This document shows positions 40,591 through 53,898 of a DNA stretch of 64,000 nt, in pieces; positions within the stretch are counted from its first letter, which is position 1, and each line of letters opens with the position of its first letter. The stretch is from NCBI GenBank assembly GCA_951406725.2, contig OX597822.1:117738001-117802000 (forward strand), read 5' to 3'. The position numbers were made by a program, and so were the translations under genes. Under the pieces are notes generated by a model. It searched no databases. It was not told where the DNA came from and saw only the letters and a list, made by a program, of their open reading frames with translations. Origin of the DNA: Octopus vulgaris. Its lineage: Eukaryota.

Positions 40591-41742
40591 CCTTATGAGA
40601 GATACATGTATCTTAACTTTAGGTAAATGTGTATGGACATGTTTTCTTATTACAAGATAATGCAGAAAGACTTTTTAAATATAGTCCATCGCAAGTCACA
40701 CAAAATTCTCCTATATGTCTGTGTAGAAACGTGTGTCATAGATTTGCTATCACTGGCCTAAGATGTAGGAACCTATGAAGGTAATTATACGAAGGACTGA
40801 AAGAAATTAATAGATCTTAGTGTCAGTAAAGCGGCACCTGTCGATCCAAAAGCAAAGTTAAAAACACCGGTTCTAACCCACACAATTTTGTGACATGAAT
40901 GATTTTGACTGAATAGATATCCTTACATAGTGATTTAAAATTGACTTCAGCGAAGTTTGAACTGATATCATTAAGATATAGAGTCCTGCAGAAAAAAGGA
41001 AATAACTGTGATTCAAGAAGAGTGAGTTTCAAATTTAGAGCAGTTTTAGTGCTTTAAGTTTTCCGCAATTCTTTTATCTCTAATCCCGGTGTAAAAAGAA
41101 AACGTGGAGATGTATCTCCGGAGTCAATTCATAGTAAGTTTTTATGTGTGTTAACATATTAAATATATTTCAGTGTATTGATTTTTATTAATGTTCATAA
41201 TGTGTTGCAGCAATATTAATATTTTTCAGAAAGTTGAGGAAGTCGGTTTAGTAGTAAATACATTGTGTTATAGCATTGCAGTTTTTTTTAATGCATAACT
41301 TATGATCATTTAGTCGGATGAAGAGTGGTGTTCATAATCTTTGAAAACTCCCCCAGACTGGAGATTGATGAGTTTAATGCTCAAGTAGAATATATGCACC
41401 TTTACCCTCAAGAAAGAAAAAGAGAGGGTGTGATTATAAGCGTGTGGTTTTTTTGGGCAAGGGGTGGAACTGAATGAAGTATTATTTAGCAAGGGGTTTG
41501 AGGATTAATGGAAAATAGGAACGACAAAAGGTGAAGCTGCTACATAAATCGTGCTTTTGTAAGGGTGTACACTTTTTTTTGGTTTAAAGTATCAATAGCC
41601 AGTATTGGAGCGACAGGAGAGAAAGTGAGCGGAAATAGTACATCTGTGGGCCCGTGGTCGTAGTTTTCAACAAAAAATGCAATTTATATGTACACGGTCT
41701 TTCATACTTTTAATTTTTCATGAAATTCTTACTGGTTTCTTT

Positions 41743-42180
41743 ATAATAATAATAATAATAATTGTGTACAGTGCTCAGGTGCACTACAACTCATCTAAAG
41801 TGTATGTATAATCAGGTGTAGTTTCGACGGATTTCGGAAAGCATGAGGGCCTTAAAGGATGCAGTGTCATGGCAGTCAACAACTGACGCATGCAGTTTGT
41901 TCCATGCTTCAGCAACTCTGAGCGTGAAAAAATGTTTCCGAAAGTCATGGGAGCTATGCTGTTTTCTGACTTTGTAGGCATGTCCACGTGTCTTAGACAC
42001 ATGGAGATCAAAAAGGTGTTCAGTGTTGTTGTTGGTGAGGTGGTTGATAACTTTGCGGGTGTTTACCAAGTCCATCGCCAGACGCCGGAGCTTCAGTGAA
42101 TCCATGCCCAGGGAAACAAGGCGCTCAGAGTATGGTAGGTGTCTGATGGATGGTATGCATTTGGTTACACGTCTCTGTTC
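41743..42180 (-). mobile_element. CR1-clade LINE 3' fragment with (TTA)n tail
   Basis: QRRVTKCIPSIRHLPYSERL..SLKLRRL..DL..TRGHAYK..FFTLRV.EAWNKL..SFK. Confidence 0.88.
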
Positions 42181-42663
42181 AATCTCATAGGAGTATTTTA
42201 AAGCAATTCCACAAGACTAAGATATTCCATGTGAATTATAATGCTACGTAGAGATACATTCTATCTCATCATATTTGTGAACCTTCATTAGTAACAGAAC
42301 TCTACTCAAACTACGGGAGATTTTATGCTGTCTTGGTTTCCTTTCGTTCGATTAGTTTCATCTCTCACGAAATAAATACAACTCAGCTGTCTCAATGATA
42401 TTTCTATACATGAACCACAAAATTGCAAATACGAAAGATAACAGAAATACACTTATATATTCGAACTTGGGCTGTCATCTTAGATGTTAGTCACAAGGCT
42501 TCGGTCGTTGTATCATCCAGCTTTCTTCAATTAAACTCTCTCCCATTTGTAATGCTGTTTGCTTGTTTCACTTGCACTGATGTATGTAGATGTATGTATA
42601 CCTTCGTGCGGTTAGGTATACCTGTGTATAAGTATACATATTATATATACATATAATATATAC

Positions 42664-42719
<56 letters not shown>

Positions 42720-42721
<2 letters not shown>

Positions 42722-42937
42722 GGAGTAAACACATAAATGTGAAACAAGGTGGAAAAAAGAGTACTCAAATACCAGTGGTTGAGTAATATGCTTTATTTAA
42801 AGCAGCAGAAAATTCAACTAAACCTGTTACTCTGAGTTTCCTGTTGCCGTTCATCGGACAGTTTTTGCAAAAACTGTCCGATGAACGGCAACGGGAAACT
42901 CAGAGTAACAGGATTTGTTGAATTTTCTGCTGCTTTA

Positions 42938-42942
<5 letters not shown>
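42720..42942. mobile_element. Penelope-like inverted terminal remnant inside a (TA)n tract
   Basis: Unique leader 42720-42792 followed by a 150-bp palindrome 42793-42942 (3 mismatches) whose arms each carry a hammerhead-like motif. Confidence 0.7.
42874..42911 (+). ncRNA. Minimal type I hammerhead ribozyme-like motif (variant core); mirror copy on minus strand 42824-42861
   Basis: CTGT-CCGATGA-ACG(GCAA)CGG-GAAA-CTCAGAG-TA-ACAG: stem I CTGT/ACAG, core CcGAUGA...GAAA, palindromic stem III, GUA cleavage triplet. Confidence 0.6.
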
Positions 42943-42982
<40 letters not shown>

Positions 42983-43454
42983 TATGTGTGTGTGTATGTG
43001 TGTGTATTTACCAAAAATTCATGAACCAGAAAAGAAAGATACTCGTATATTTGTGAATAGAATAGGTATATTAATCAAATAATACAGTTTTATAGATCCA
43101 TTACAGCCGGAGCGGTAATCTGAGGATAATCTCATAACTGTGATTATCAGAGATGGCAGGTATGAAAGAAAAGACGAGCGCAGTTATTGGACTGCCACGT
43201 GATTACCGAATGCCGGTGTGAAACTGATGGGCAAAAGTCAGCTGAGGTGGATCGGTAATATTCTAAAAAATTGAGGTTTTCACAGGAACATTCCATCAGT
43301 ACTCCTTTTTATTATTAGTGGCTATGGCTTCTACTATACTATGGGTTCTTATTTCTTTGTCCTTTGCATTCTAATGATTGAAATCCGTAAAAGACAAAAG
43401 ATACCACGTGTTTCTTTCAGCTTCCATCTACCAAACTCACTCACAAAGCGTTGG

Positions 43455-43755
43455 TCGACCCCGAAAGGATAAAAGGCAAAGTCGACCTCGGCAGAATTTG
43501 AACTCAGAACATAGCGGCAGACGAAATACCTATTTCTTTACTACCCACAAGGGGCTAAACACAGAGGGGACAAACAAGGACAGACAAACGGATCAAGTCG
43601 ATTACATCGACCCCAGTGTGTAACTGGTACTTACTTTATCGACCCCGAAAGGATGAAAGGCAAAGTCGACCTCGGCGGAATTTGAACTCAGAACGTAATG
43701 GCAGACGAAATAGGGCTACGCATTTCACCCGGTGTGCTAACCACTCTGCCTTGCG
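43455..43755 (-). mobile_element. SINE A with Tx1 tail (43531-43755) followed by a second SINE A body starting at GGTATTTCG (43455-43530)
   Basis: Minus-strand junction ...GGGTAGTAAAGAAATA|GGTATTTCGTCTGCC... Confidence 0.9.
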
Positions 43756-43875
43756 ATTAATACAAACTTGCACTCATATCTTGTCACATATTACAATATT
43801 ATGTTGCTCTCGTATTTAGAATCATCGACTTCAGTCTCTGTTATGTTAAATTTCTTTTTAATATTCACAAGGATT

Positions 43876-44245
43876 AAAGCAGCAAGCTGGCAGAAACGTT
43901 AGCACGCTGGACGAAATGCTTAGCGGCATTTCGTCTGTCTTTATGTTCTGAGTTCAAATTCCGCCGTAGCAGACTTTGCCTTTCAACCTTTCGGGGTTGG
44001 TTAAATAAGTACCAGTTACGCTCTGGGGTCGATATAATCTACTTAATCCGTTTGTCTGTCCTTGTTTGTCCTCTCTGTGGGTAGTACAGAAATAGGCATT
44101 ACGCCCGTCTTCAACGTCCCTCATTCAAATTCCGCCGAGGTAGACTCTGTCTTTCATCCTGTCAGAGACGATTAAATAAGTACTAGTCAATCATAGGGTT
44201 TGGTCTAATCGAGTCACCCTCTTCTCCGAAATTGGTGCTAAAATA
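43876..44245 (+). mobile_element. SINE A with Tx1 tail (43876-44094) followed by a second SINE A body with the other tail (44095-44245)
   Basis: Junction ...GGGTAGTACAGAAATA|GGCATTACGCCCGTC...TTCAAATTCCGCCGAGG. Confidence 0.88.
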
Positions 44246-44845
44246 TTCACAAAAATTAAGTTTGGTGTCACTCATTAAATCGATAGTGGGATTTTAATGT
44301 TACACACACACGCACTCACACACACATATACAGACATACATGCATATGCACACACACATATGTACATACTGACACACATGCATACATACACCCACACACA
44401 CATATACATATTTCTTTTTAGGAACAGTAGATCTCGAAGCGCTTAGAGCTATAAATAAGATATTTAAGTATTTGGTTGAAAATCATTTTTGGATAGAAAA
44501 GTCGAAAGCTACCCGTGGGACACAAACCCATATATCTTGTCAGAAAAATGACAGGCATACACTAACGGGTATAAGAAATATATTAGTACGAAAAGTTCCG
44601 TATATCATTTACAAGATGGTCTTAAAACATAGAAATGCAATATGCAGTTTTTTCATATAAATACATTTCTAACTCACGTGATTGTTCGTCTGTCATTCTT
44701 CTTCGATATACGCTCAACTTCACTCGTTCTTCTTAGCCGACAATTTATTGCATTTGGACAGCTACAACTGGATGAAGCGTTTGAAGCGTAATGGAATGGG
44801 GACTATTTATCCCTCGGCTGTACATCACTTTGTCACACATTTTAT

Positions 44846-45021
44846 GGGTGTGTGGTAAGAAGCTTGCTCCCCAACCATATGATCTCGGGTTCAACTCCAC
44901 TGCGTGACACCTTGTGCGAGCGTTTTCTGCTATAACATCGGGCCGCCCAAAGCATTTTGAAGGGATGAGTAGATTTGGTAGACGGAAACTGAAAGAAGCT
45001 CGTTGTATGCACACACATAAA

Positions 45022-45060
<39 letters not shown>

Positions 45061-45242
45061 TATGTGTTTTTGTTTTTGTGTTTGTCCCCCACCACCGCTT
45101 GACAACCGGTGGTGGTGTGTTTACGTCCCCGTAACCTAGCGTTTTGGTAAAAGGTACCAGGCTTAAGAAAAAAAATACTGGGGTAGTTTCTTCTAGGTGG
45201 TGCTCCAGCATTGTCGCAATCTAACGACTGAAACAAGTAAAT
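44846..45242 (+). mobile_element. SINE family B
   Basis: Head GTGTGGTAAGAAGCTTGC..GGGTTCAACTCC, internal (TA)n, GTGTTTACGTCCCCGTAAC, tail GACTGAAACAAGTAAA. Confidence 0.9.
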
Positions 45243-46115
45243 GGTATTGTACTGTTCCGTTACTGGTGCGATCAGCAACAAAAAATTGCTGTGTACCACT
45301 TGTTCTTTCTCGCTTCTTCTCAGAGAGCAGCCACGTTTATTTTGAGCCTGGAAAATTGGAAAATTACAAGGAGAGAACACTGCACGCGATACGTGTTCAT
45401 CCAACTATGGTACTCTCAGAGCATGAAACTTATGGTAGCTCACATTTAATAACTTGTGTTTATTAGACGCTATTAAATAATAGCATCACACACACGTAGG
45501 TATGTACATATGCATACATACACGTACATATATATACATACACACACATGCACAAATATATATATATATAGGTACTTACACTCATGCATTTCCATGTATC
45601 ATACACACATGCGTACACCATACAAACATGCCCATGTGCTCGCATGCACACATAATGAACCACATGTATAGCTATTAATGGTTCGGCGGTCACCTTGTGC
45701 CAATGTTTAGAAATCAATATTTATGTAATAAGAAGAGATGTGTTGAAACTTCCGTTTATTCAGTAGCTAATAAGGGGGGAGAGGGAGAGGGAGAGAGAGA
45801 GTGTGTGAGAGAGAAAGAGAGAAGGGAGACTGAAAGACAGACAGAGAGTGGGGAAGGGAGAGAGAGGGGGGAGAAGGAAGAGAGGGAGAAAGAGAGATTT
45901 GTTTAAGTGTTCTGTTAGAAATGTATTAGCCACGGATCAATGAATATCCAGGAAATGGATTTCACTCTTCACTGGATGCTGCTGCTGCTGCTGTTGCAGT
46001 TATTTGTTGCCGGATAAGTCGTGACTGCAGAGGGCTGTCATCAAAGATGTTCGAACAGTAATCATTCTGTCTCTTTTAAACTCACCTACAAGTATATTGC
46101 AGATATTTGCAATGT

Positions 46116-46145
<30 letters not shown>

Positions 46146-46146
<1 letters not shown>

Positions 46147-46545
46147 GAATGGCTGCGTGGTAAGTAGCTTGCTTATCAACCACATGGTTCCGGGTTCAGT
46201 CCCACTGCGTGGCACCTTCGGCAAGTGTCTTCTACCATAGCCTCGGACCGACCAAAGCCTTGTGAGTGGATTTGGTAGACGGAAACTGAAAGAAGGCCGT
46301 CGTATATATGTATATATATGTGTGTGTGTATGTGTGTGTATATGTTTGTCCCCCAACATCACTTGACAACCGATGCTGGTGTGTTTACGTCCCCGTAATT
46401 TAGCGGTTCGGCAAAAAGGTGCTGATAGAATAAGTACTAGGCTTACAAAGAATAAGTCCTGGGGTCGATTTGCTCGACTAAAAGCGGTGCTCCAGCATGG
46501 CCGCAGTCAAATGACTGAAACAAGAAAAAGAGTAAAAAGTAAAGA
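46146..46545 (+). mobile_element. SINE family B, well preserved
   Basis: GGCTGCGTGGTAAGTAGCTTGC..CCGGGTTCAGTCCC..internal (TA)(TG)..CCAGCATGGCCGCAGTCAAATGACTGAAACAAG.AAAAGAGTAAAA. Confidence 0.93.
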
Positions 46546-46809
46546 ATATACGAATCATAAACAGAAAAGGCCAGAACACAGCAGACTGAGAAAGATTTCT
46601 GATGATATTTTCTGGTTTTGAGTAAATCCCATCGTTTACAACATGCTGGGTTCTGTTTGTCAAGGAACCCTTAAACCACTGCATTACTTCAGTGCACCGG
46701 ATTGTTGGATAGCTTTTCTTTTCTCCGCAATGTGCTTACACAAACATACAAACGTACATACATACATACATTCATACATACATAGATACATACATACATA
46801 CATACATAT

Positions 46810-47345
46810 GTGACGGAAAAAGATTACGTCATATTCCTGTGAAAGACTTCATACGTGCGATTAGCAGCTGTGCCAAAATGTCATCAAGGCAGTACCTCCC
46901 TATACGACACAACGTTGTCGCAAAATCAACATAGAATATCATTGGAATAAATATAGAGAATCACCTTATTATTGAATAATACACACTCAAACGTCGACAG
47001 AAGGAATACTGGTGGAACATTCCCATCCAAACATTTGTCATAATAGACTGGATGTTGTCGTTTGGGGAAGACAAGAAAATGTATGTACTGTCATAGAGAT
47101 CAGCTGTTCTGCTGATGTGGATATCTCTTTGATAGAAGAGAAAAAGTATAACTATGGACAACTGCTGCGAAGCCGCCGATTATAAATTCGCATTTTACCT
47201 ATAATAATTGGTGCACTGGATAATCTAAGGTCTTCAGAAAAAGAATTCTACCAACCAACTATCACGCACATTATAAATACAATCTATAAGCTGAACAGTA
47301 CAAATACGTAAGAATTTCCTGAAGTTTAAAATGTGCCATTGTTCT
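46810..47345 (+). mobile_element. Decayed RLE-type non-LTR retrotransposon 3' fragment
   Basis: ISSCAKMSSRQYLPIRHNVVAK..KEYWWNIPIQT..HNRLDVVVW..VIEISCSADVDI..EK..NYGQLLR..LPIIIGAL. Confidence 0.8.
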
Positions 47346-47599
47346 TCATATATATATATATATATATATAAAGTCGATTCGAAAAACAAGCAATTAGAAA
47401 CAGAGGAAAATGAACGAATGTGACGACGTGCAGTAGAGATATATTAATTTGATGTTGGATGAAAGGAGAAACCTGTTTCGTCGGAAAGAGAAGAGTCCAA
47501 AGAAAAATACAGAAAATCTCGCATAAAACCCACATGCGGTTATATTTATGCATACATACATACATGCATACATATATATATGTGTATATATATATACAT

Positions 47600-49143
47600 G
47601 TATGAACCGGTTAAAGGACCAACGAAATTGTTGTGTAGTCTCGACCACGGAACATGTACTGTTGATCAAGATCTACTTTTTATTGTGGGTAATTTTGCAG
47701 CGAAATACAGGTGTTGCATTTTCAATTTTCACATTTACGAATTTCCTCTTTGTTATATTACCATTTTCTTTCGCTGACATCTTATTTATTCCTTTTTGTT
47801 TGTTCCAACGTTTTGTCGTCTGGTTTTGTACTGTGCTTTTATTTGTTCAATTTTTCGACAACTGAAACACTCCGCTTTCTTAAACGGACAGTTTTTATCT
47901 CGGGTGTGGACCTCCACTCGTAAAACATGGGTTTTCTCTTTTACCTGATTCTTATCCCGTTTGTACTGTGTTTTAGTACACACTTGATTTCTATTCTATT
48001 TCGCACTTGTTTCACTTGGGAGCAATCTTTGTTCAATTTTCTCTAAATCGTATCTTAAATTTACTATTATTTCACACTCTTCTGACACTGGTTGTAGGGT
48101 TACAGCCTGGTTTTGTTCCAGCTTAGCGAGAATTCTTGTTCTTAATTCTGCGTCTGTCTCTGCAGTTAGTCCCTGATTAACTAATAAATATCAGGCACTT
48201 GAGCATATCTGGCGTAAATTCGTCCAGCTTGAACCTTTCCCATTCCCCATTAATTCTAACAATATATATAATGCAGACCTTCTCGTTGTTCTTTTCTAGG
48301 TTCAAACATTTCCAACATGTATTGAACGACGAGTTTTTCTCACTAAACAAGTTTACCCATTATGTCTATTGTATCTTTAAAGTTTATGTCAGAAGGTTTT
48401 TTTCGTGAGTTTGTAATTGATGAAACGATCATGTTCTCTTGCTGCCAGTTTTCTTGAGATTAAACGCGTTTTCATATCGTCGTCTCAATATTTGCACTCT
48501 TTTTTAAAGATTTGTTCGTATCCTCTATATTAAGCCTCGATGGTAACTCCTTTGTCAGGTTCTTACTTAAACTCTGTTATCGAGTTCGTAACATAATCTG
48601 GTGGAAACATTTTTTTAGCATTTCCTGACGACTTACTATTCATTAATTGCAGAATTTATTGCTGTAATAGCAATTGTTGTTGTTGCTGCTGCTGTTATTG
48701 TTCTTATGGTTGCTGTTGCTGCTTTTAAACTCGAGGAAACCGGTCAATAAATCTTCCATAATTTTACGCTTTTGTATACAGTAAAATTCGCAAAAAAGAC
48801 TTTTCTGAGTTTCGCAACACCTTTTGAGTTCATTTAATCATCATTAGTTTCTTAATTTCGCATGAATTTGTTAATTCTTCGTGAGTTTACTAATTCCTTG
48901 TGCCACTGTTGTAATCCTCGTCGCCACTGTTGTAATCCTCGTCGCCACTGTTGTAATCCTTAATGTCGGATTGTTATAACGCCCACTCCGGTATAGCAAT
49001 ATAGTTAATAAGACCAGTCAGCCCACGACAGTCTACGACCGTCTACTATGTACTCTCACTGACCGACGTCACCTATTTATAATGACCAAAACATACCACT
49101 CGTCGCATGGGAGGGGTGTACCATTATTACAATTATCCTCACA
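47600..49143 (-). mobile_element. Ty3/Gypsy (Mag-like) LTR retrotransposon remnant: 5' LTR, PBS, gag, integrase scrap
   Basis: LTR ~48949-49143 (TG..TATAAATA..TTACAACA) followed by PBS-like TGGCGACGAGG; gag VTNSITEF..DDMKTRL..RKL..EHDRFINY, FNTCWKCLNL, RFKLDEFTPDMLKCLIF, knuckle CPFKKAECFSC; integrase PWSRLH.NFVGPL. Confidence 0.82.
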
Positions 49144-49762
49144 ATAATATATGTATATACACGCATACCACGCACACGCACACACACACACGCACACACA
49201 CACACACACACACACACGGTTTTTTGTGAGTAGCACTTTAGCGTTTGAAGCTTTGAAATTGGCTCAATTTATAAGACTGACATTCTAAATCATTCTACAT
49301 CAGCTGGAATCGTTCTGTCTATAATTCATATTTATTATATTTGAAGTGTTCTAAATTATCCAACAGCGAGTCTACGTCGTTGCTGTAATATCGTCTCTAT
49401 TCATTTGTTCTGTTTGGCTTTTGTATTCGGTAATTCATTCTGCTTCCTTAATATTATCTTACATATAATAAAATGCAACGTTTCAAGTCGCACACGCCGC
49501 CAGTGGTAAACTAAAGCAACACATGGAGGGGAAATAAGTGAGAGAAAGAGATGTTAAATGCAGGCGAACTGTACTGAATGTCTTATTCAGAATTTTTATC
49601 GTAAATAAATTTTTACTTAACAACTTCACTATTCAATAAAATTAAGTAGCATGAAACGATTGTACTACACTACCTTGGATATCCTTGTTGCTTATTTTGA
49701 CATATATCAAAATATATATGCAATGTCATATCACTTTCTTCTGTTTTCACGTATCGTTGATG

Positions 49763-49800
<38 letters not shown>

Positions 49801-49855
49801 GTATGTATGTATGTTATATATATACGCATGTATGTATCTCATTCTTCGTCTTCCT

Positions 49856-49903
<48 letters not shown>

Positions 49904-49907
49904 GCAT

Positions 49908-49958
<51 letters not shown>

Positions 49959-50537
49959 ATTATAATAATAAGGGTTTTGCCTTTGTTAACCTAGTCATAT
50001 GTTCTGGTACTGCCATCGATTGGGGTTGTAAGTCGTAAATTATAATTGAATCACTAAGTCTTTGGCCACTTCTAATTAATTTATCACCGCATATCAAATA
50101 TAAGCATTTAATTAATATTTAAGTTTTGTTGCTTATTGAATTGATGATTGTTAATCCTCGCAAAGTAAATCATTTCAAAATGCTGCTCTCAAATTTCTTT
50201 CGATAGAACTATCTTTCATAGCTGTGAAATTTTTCCAAATCCTCTTAATAACGGTGATCGATTCAAATGTCTAAACGTAAGCAAGAACTGGAAATACGCA
50301 GCCCTGCGGTCTATATTACCCTCACTTAAATATTATTCACGATGTACAAATCATTATCTTTTCTTTCTCTCACTCAGTTATCTTTCCTTCTTACTAACAT
50401 TAAACTTAACCACGTTTCATATAATATCTAAACAAATTAGATTCCCTAATTGCTTATGAATCTTGTGATTCGCAGATAGTCTCATTATCTATAGAAGCTT
50501 CGCAAAAATACCAACAGTTGATTAAACTTGATATTAG

Positions 50538-50752
50538 CTCCAAATTTTGGCACAAAGTCAGCAAGTTCGGGGAAGGGGGCAAGTCAATTACAATGACTCC
50601 ACTGTTTGACTGGTACTTATTTTATCGACCCCTGAAGGGATGAAAGGCAAAAGCAACCTCAGCTGAATTTCAAGTCAAGTCTCAAAGACGGACGAAATGT
50701 CGCTAAGCATTTTTCCCGGAATGCTAACGATTCTGCCTGCTCGCAGCCTTAT
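50538..50752 (-). mobile_element. SINE family A, non-Tx1 tail type
   Basis: Reverse complement of head AAGGCTGCGAGCAGGCAGAATCGTTAGC, core and ..TTGTGCCAAAATTTGG tail. Confidence 0.85.
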
Positions 50753-52637
50753 GATTAACTTAGTATTATTTAAGTCTTTGAAAAAGTTTGGTTTTAAAAT
50801 ATCCGCGGATACTAAATATATGAATGTAAAACTGATGTCTTCCTAATTTTGAAGCTTCTTCATTAGCTGAATAAATTTTTCTTGCGCATTTAAACCACTG
50901 AGACAACTATTTTAATTGGATGAATCTCCTCCTTGTTACAATATCCTTCTAATTCAAGAAGTACCTTCAATAGCTTTTAGACTTGGAAAATGCATTAAAG
51001 GACAAAAGTAATACTTTTAATTTTATAACGTTACAAAATCATACATCGAGAAAGATGATGGCAGCTCCCCGGAAGATCTTTCATATGTCGGATATATTTC
51101 CAGCAATCATCGTCTTTTACTTACTGAAAACGTGGAGATCTTCGTAGAATGAAAATCGTTCAGTTATCCTTTATCAAAACTGAGTCCATTCACATCGAAT
51201 ACTAACTCTTTAAGCAATTCACCGGAAGATATTTTGTGAAGTTGTTTCTAAGTAAAACAAAAATTATCGGATACTGTAAGATATTTTCACATAATAGAAT
51301 TCCCTGAAAACAGTTAGTAATAGCATCCTGTCTATTCTCTCGATTTCTAATCTACTAACATTCTATATGAAGAAAAGAAAAAATCACATTCCAAAATTTC
51401 CTCGAGACTATTACTATGCCTGGCTTCATGAAATATTTAATTAATAAATCTTAGGTTGTGTAATGCTGATGATTTCTACACAGAATGAAATAGTACTGTA
51501 TATATTTAACAATAAGGAGACATTTTAAGAACTTCGTTTCAAAATTCAAACGTTTGGATTTTGTGCTTTCCTTAAATTCAATTTCCAATTTCGAATCGTG
51601 CTTGATTTTATGACAAAATTATTTCCTCCTTTGTTACAGCAATGACTGTTAGAGAGACTACGTGAACTTGACTTTTCTCATATGATTAAGGCTCTTAAAT
51701 AATGCATGAACAACACTACAGTTGGTTTCCTAATCCTAAAAAACACAAGCATTTAGTGAAAATTAAAAGCCTGGCTTAAACCGTGCTTGTACTTTACAGA
51801 ATCTCATAAAGTCAGAATATTCTTAATTCTTAAAAACAACATAATCTTCTCACTCCACAGAAAAAAAGGAGAAAATAACTCAAGATTAATTTACTAAACG
51901 CCATAACAGAATTTTCAATAAAGAAAACGTCAAAAATAATTCGAAACGATGTTTGAAATGTAAATTACAGTTCACGAAATTTCTAAACTGATCAACAAAA
52001 CAACGAAACAAACTGCCCTTGATTTATTTTACGCTGCTCACATTCAGGAAATGAAGGCGAGGAAGCTTCTGAATGTGATAAAATAAATATTATACTAATG
52101 GACGATTTCATTAAATTTTCTATCCATTAAGAGTTCGAAATTGTTAAAAGTTTTTAGTCAATTTTGATTATATAAAGGATTTAACAGTCAAAATAAAAGC
52201 TACCCACACTTGGGGACTTTTCTGTAAATAGACACCACGTGTGTAAATGTATACCGATCGAATATTTGTCTTGAAGTTATCATCGATTACTTGGTGACAG
52301 CCAGGGAATTTGGAGCCAGACTGATCTTGCAGCCTATGAGGCAGTTCTGGGAAGAGATATAAATCGGTAACAGAAAGAGAAAAGATATGGGTTTGTAGTG
52401 ACGTCGTATGCAACTTAGCTGTTCAACAGAACAGAGACTGTTGTAGGAGCTTTGGAATAGACAAAGTGAAGAGACATCTGTGACCAAGAGTTATCAGTGT
52501 GTTTCTGTCTGTGTCTTTGTCAATCAGTTGCATAGATTTTTTGGTGGTGAGAAGAAGAGATCCATGTGGTAGCGCCACAGTTGTTTATAGGCTCCAGAGT
52601 ACGTGTCTAGGTTATGAAGTTAACCACCGCATTATGT

Positions 52638-52812
52638 TGATTTCAAATTTTGGCACAAGGCCAGAAATTTTGAGGGTGGAGCTCAGTCGATTACATTTAT
52701 CCCAGTGCACAACTGGTACTCATTTCATCGATCAACAAAGGTTGAAAGGCAAAGTTGACTCGGCGGTATTTGAACTCAGAATGTGAAGACGGACGAAATA
52801 TCGTTAAGCATA
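52638..52812 (-). mobile_element. SINE family A, 5'-truncated, non-Tx1 tail
   Basis: TTTGGCACAAGGCCAG..GAAAGGCAAAGTTGAC..TTTGAACTCAGAA..GACGAAATA. Confidence 0.85.
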
Positions 52813-53696
52813 ATATTACAAAATATCAGATTATTAAAACAAAATGTCAATGAAATGGTTTATTCAGTAAGATCATTACACAAATTAAAAGTGTCTCATT
52901 GAGAAAAATTACCATTAAATATAATTGATATTCAAGGAAGATTATATTTATGCAAATATGCAAATCGATAGGAATGGGATATGGTATAGAGCTCATTATA
53001 AAATGGCCAACAAAGCATAGACTATTAAAGGCAGCAAGACACTGAATTCTTAATTGGTCAAAGCCGTTTCGTTGTAATTAGGCAACAAATTTTAAGTAGT
53101 GGTTTTCTCTAAATCGTTTAGTGAGAAAGAAAGAGAGAGCCCATGACATATTTTACAATGTTGGAAGGCGGAAAAAAAGTTCTCCGCGAACCGGTGTGAT
53201 GACCCGAAGTCTACAAACCATGTTAAAGCCATTCAAGATCCAGTTGTTGGCAACTACAGAATTTGAACTCGAAACGCAAAGAGTCGGAATAAATACTGTA
53301 ACGCATCACCAATCGATGCTCTGCCGATTTCACGAGTCCACCACACGACACAACGTTACTAATAATATCGTCACAAGCCGTGAACTATCAAGTATTACTA
53401 CTAATGACTTTAAAATGTTATTTAGAGCACAAAGACGCTGCTTTCTGAAAGTTAGCTGACTTACTCATACGCAAAAAGTACTTACAATATAGCACACAAG
53501 TTCAGTTACACGTGATGTGCATTTCTTGTGTGTGTGTGTGTGTGTGTGTGTGCGTGCGCGCGCGCGTGCGCGCGTGTGTGTGTGTATGCGTGTATGTTTC
53601 TATCTTTATATAATAAATATATGAATATAAAGATATATATGTATGTACAAGGTGCATCGAAAAAACTGAGTTTCACGATCCATGATAAACGCTTTG

Positions 53697-53856
53697 AAGG
53701 TAAGTGGCTGTGTGGTAGGTGGCTTGTTTACCAACCACATGGTTCCGGGTTCAGTCCCACTGCGTGGCACCTTGGGCAAGTGTCTTCTACTATAGCCTCG
53801 GGCCGACCAAAGCCTTGTTAGTGAATTTGGTAGAGGGAAACTGAAAGAAGCCCGTC

Positions 53857-53898
<42 letters not shown>

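Noticed and set aside
43095-43160. Possible decayed hammerhead/Penelope terminus on the minus strand
   Set aside because: Core motifs CTGANGA and GAAA are not intact.
50770-51420. Protein-like minus-strand stretches (LLELEGYCNKEEIHPIKNSCLSGLNAQEKFIQLMKKLQN)
   Set aside because: Interrupted by stops and no family recognised; needs tBLASTx.
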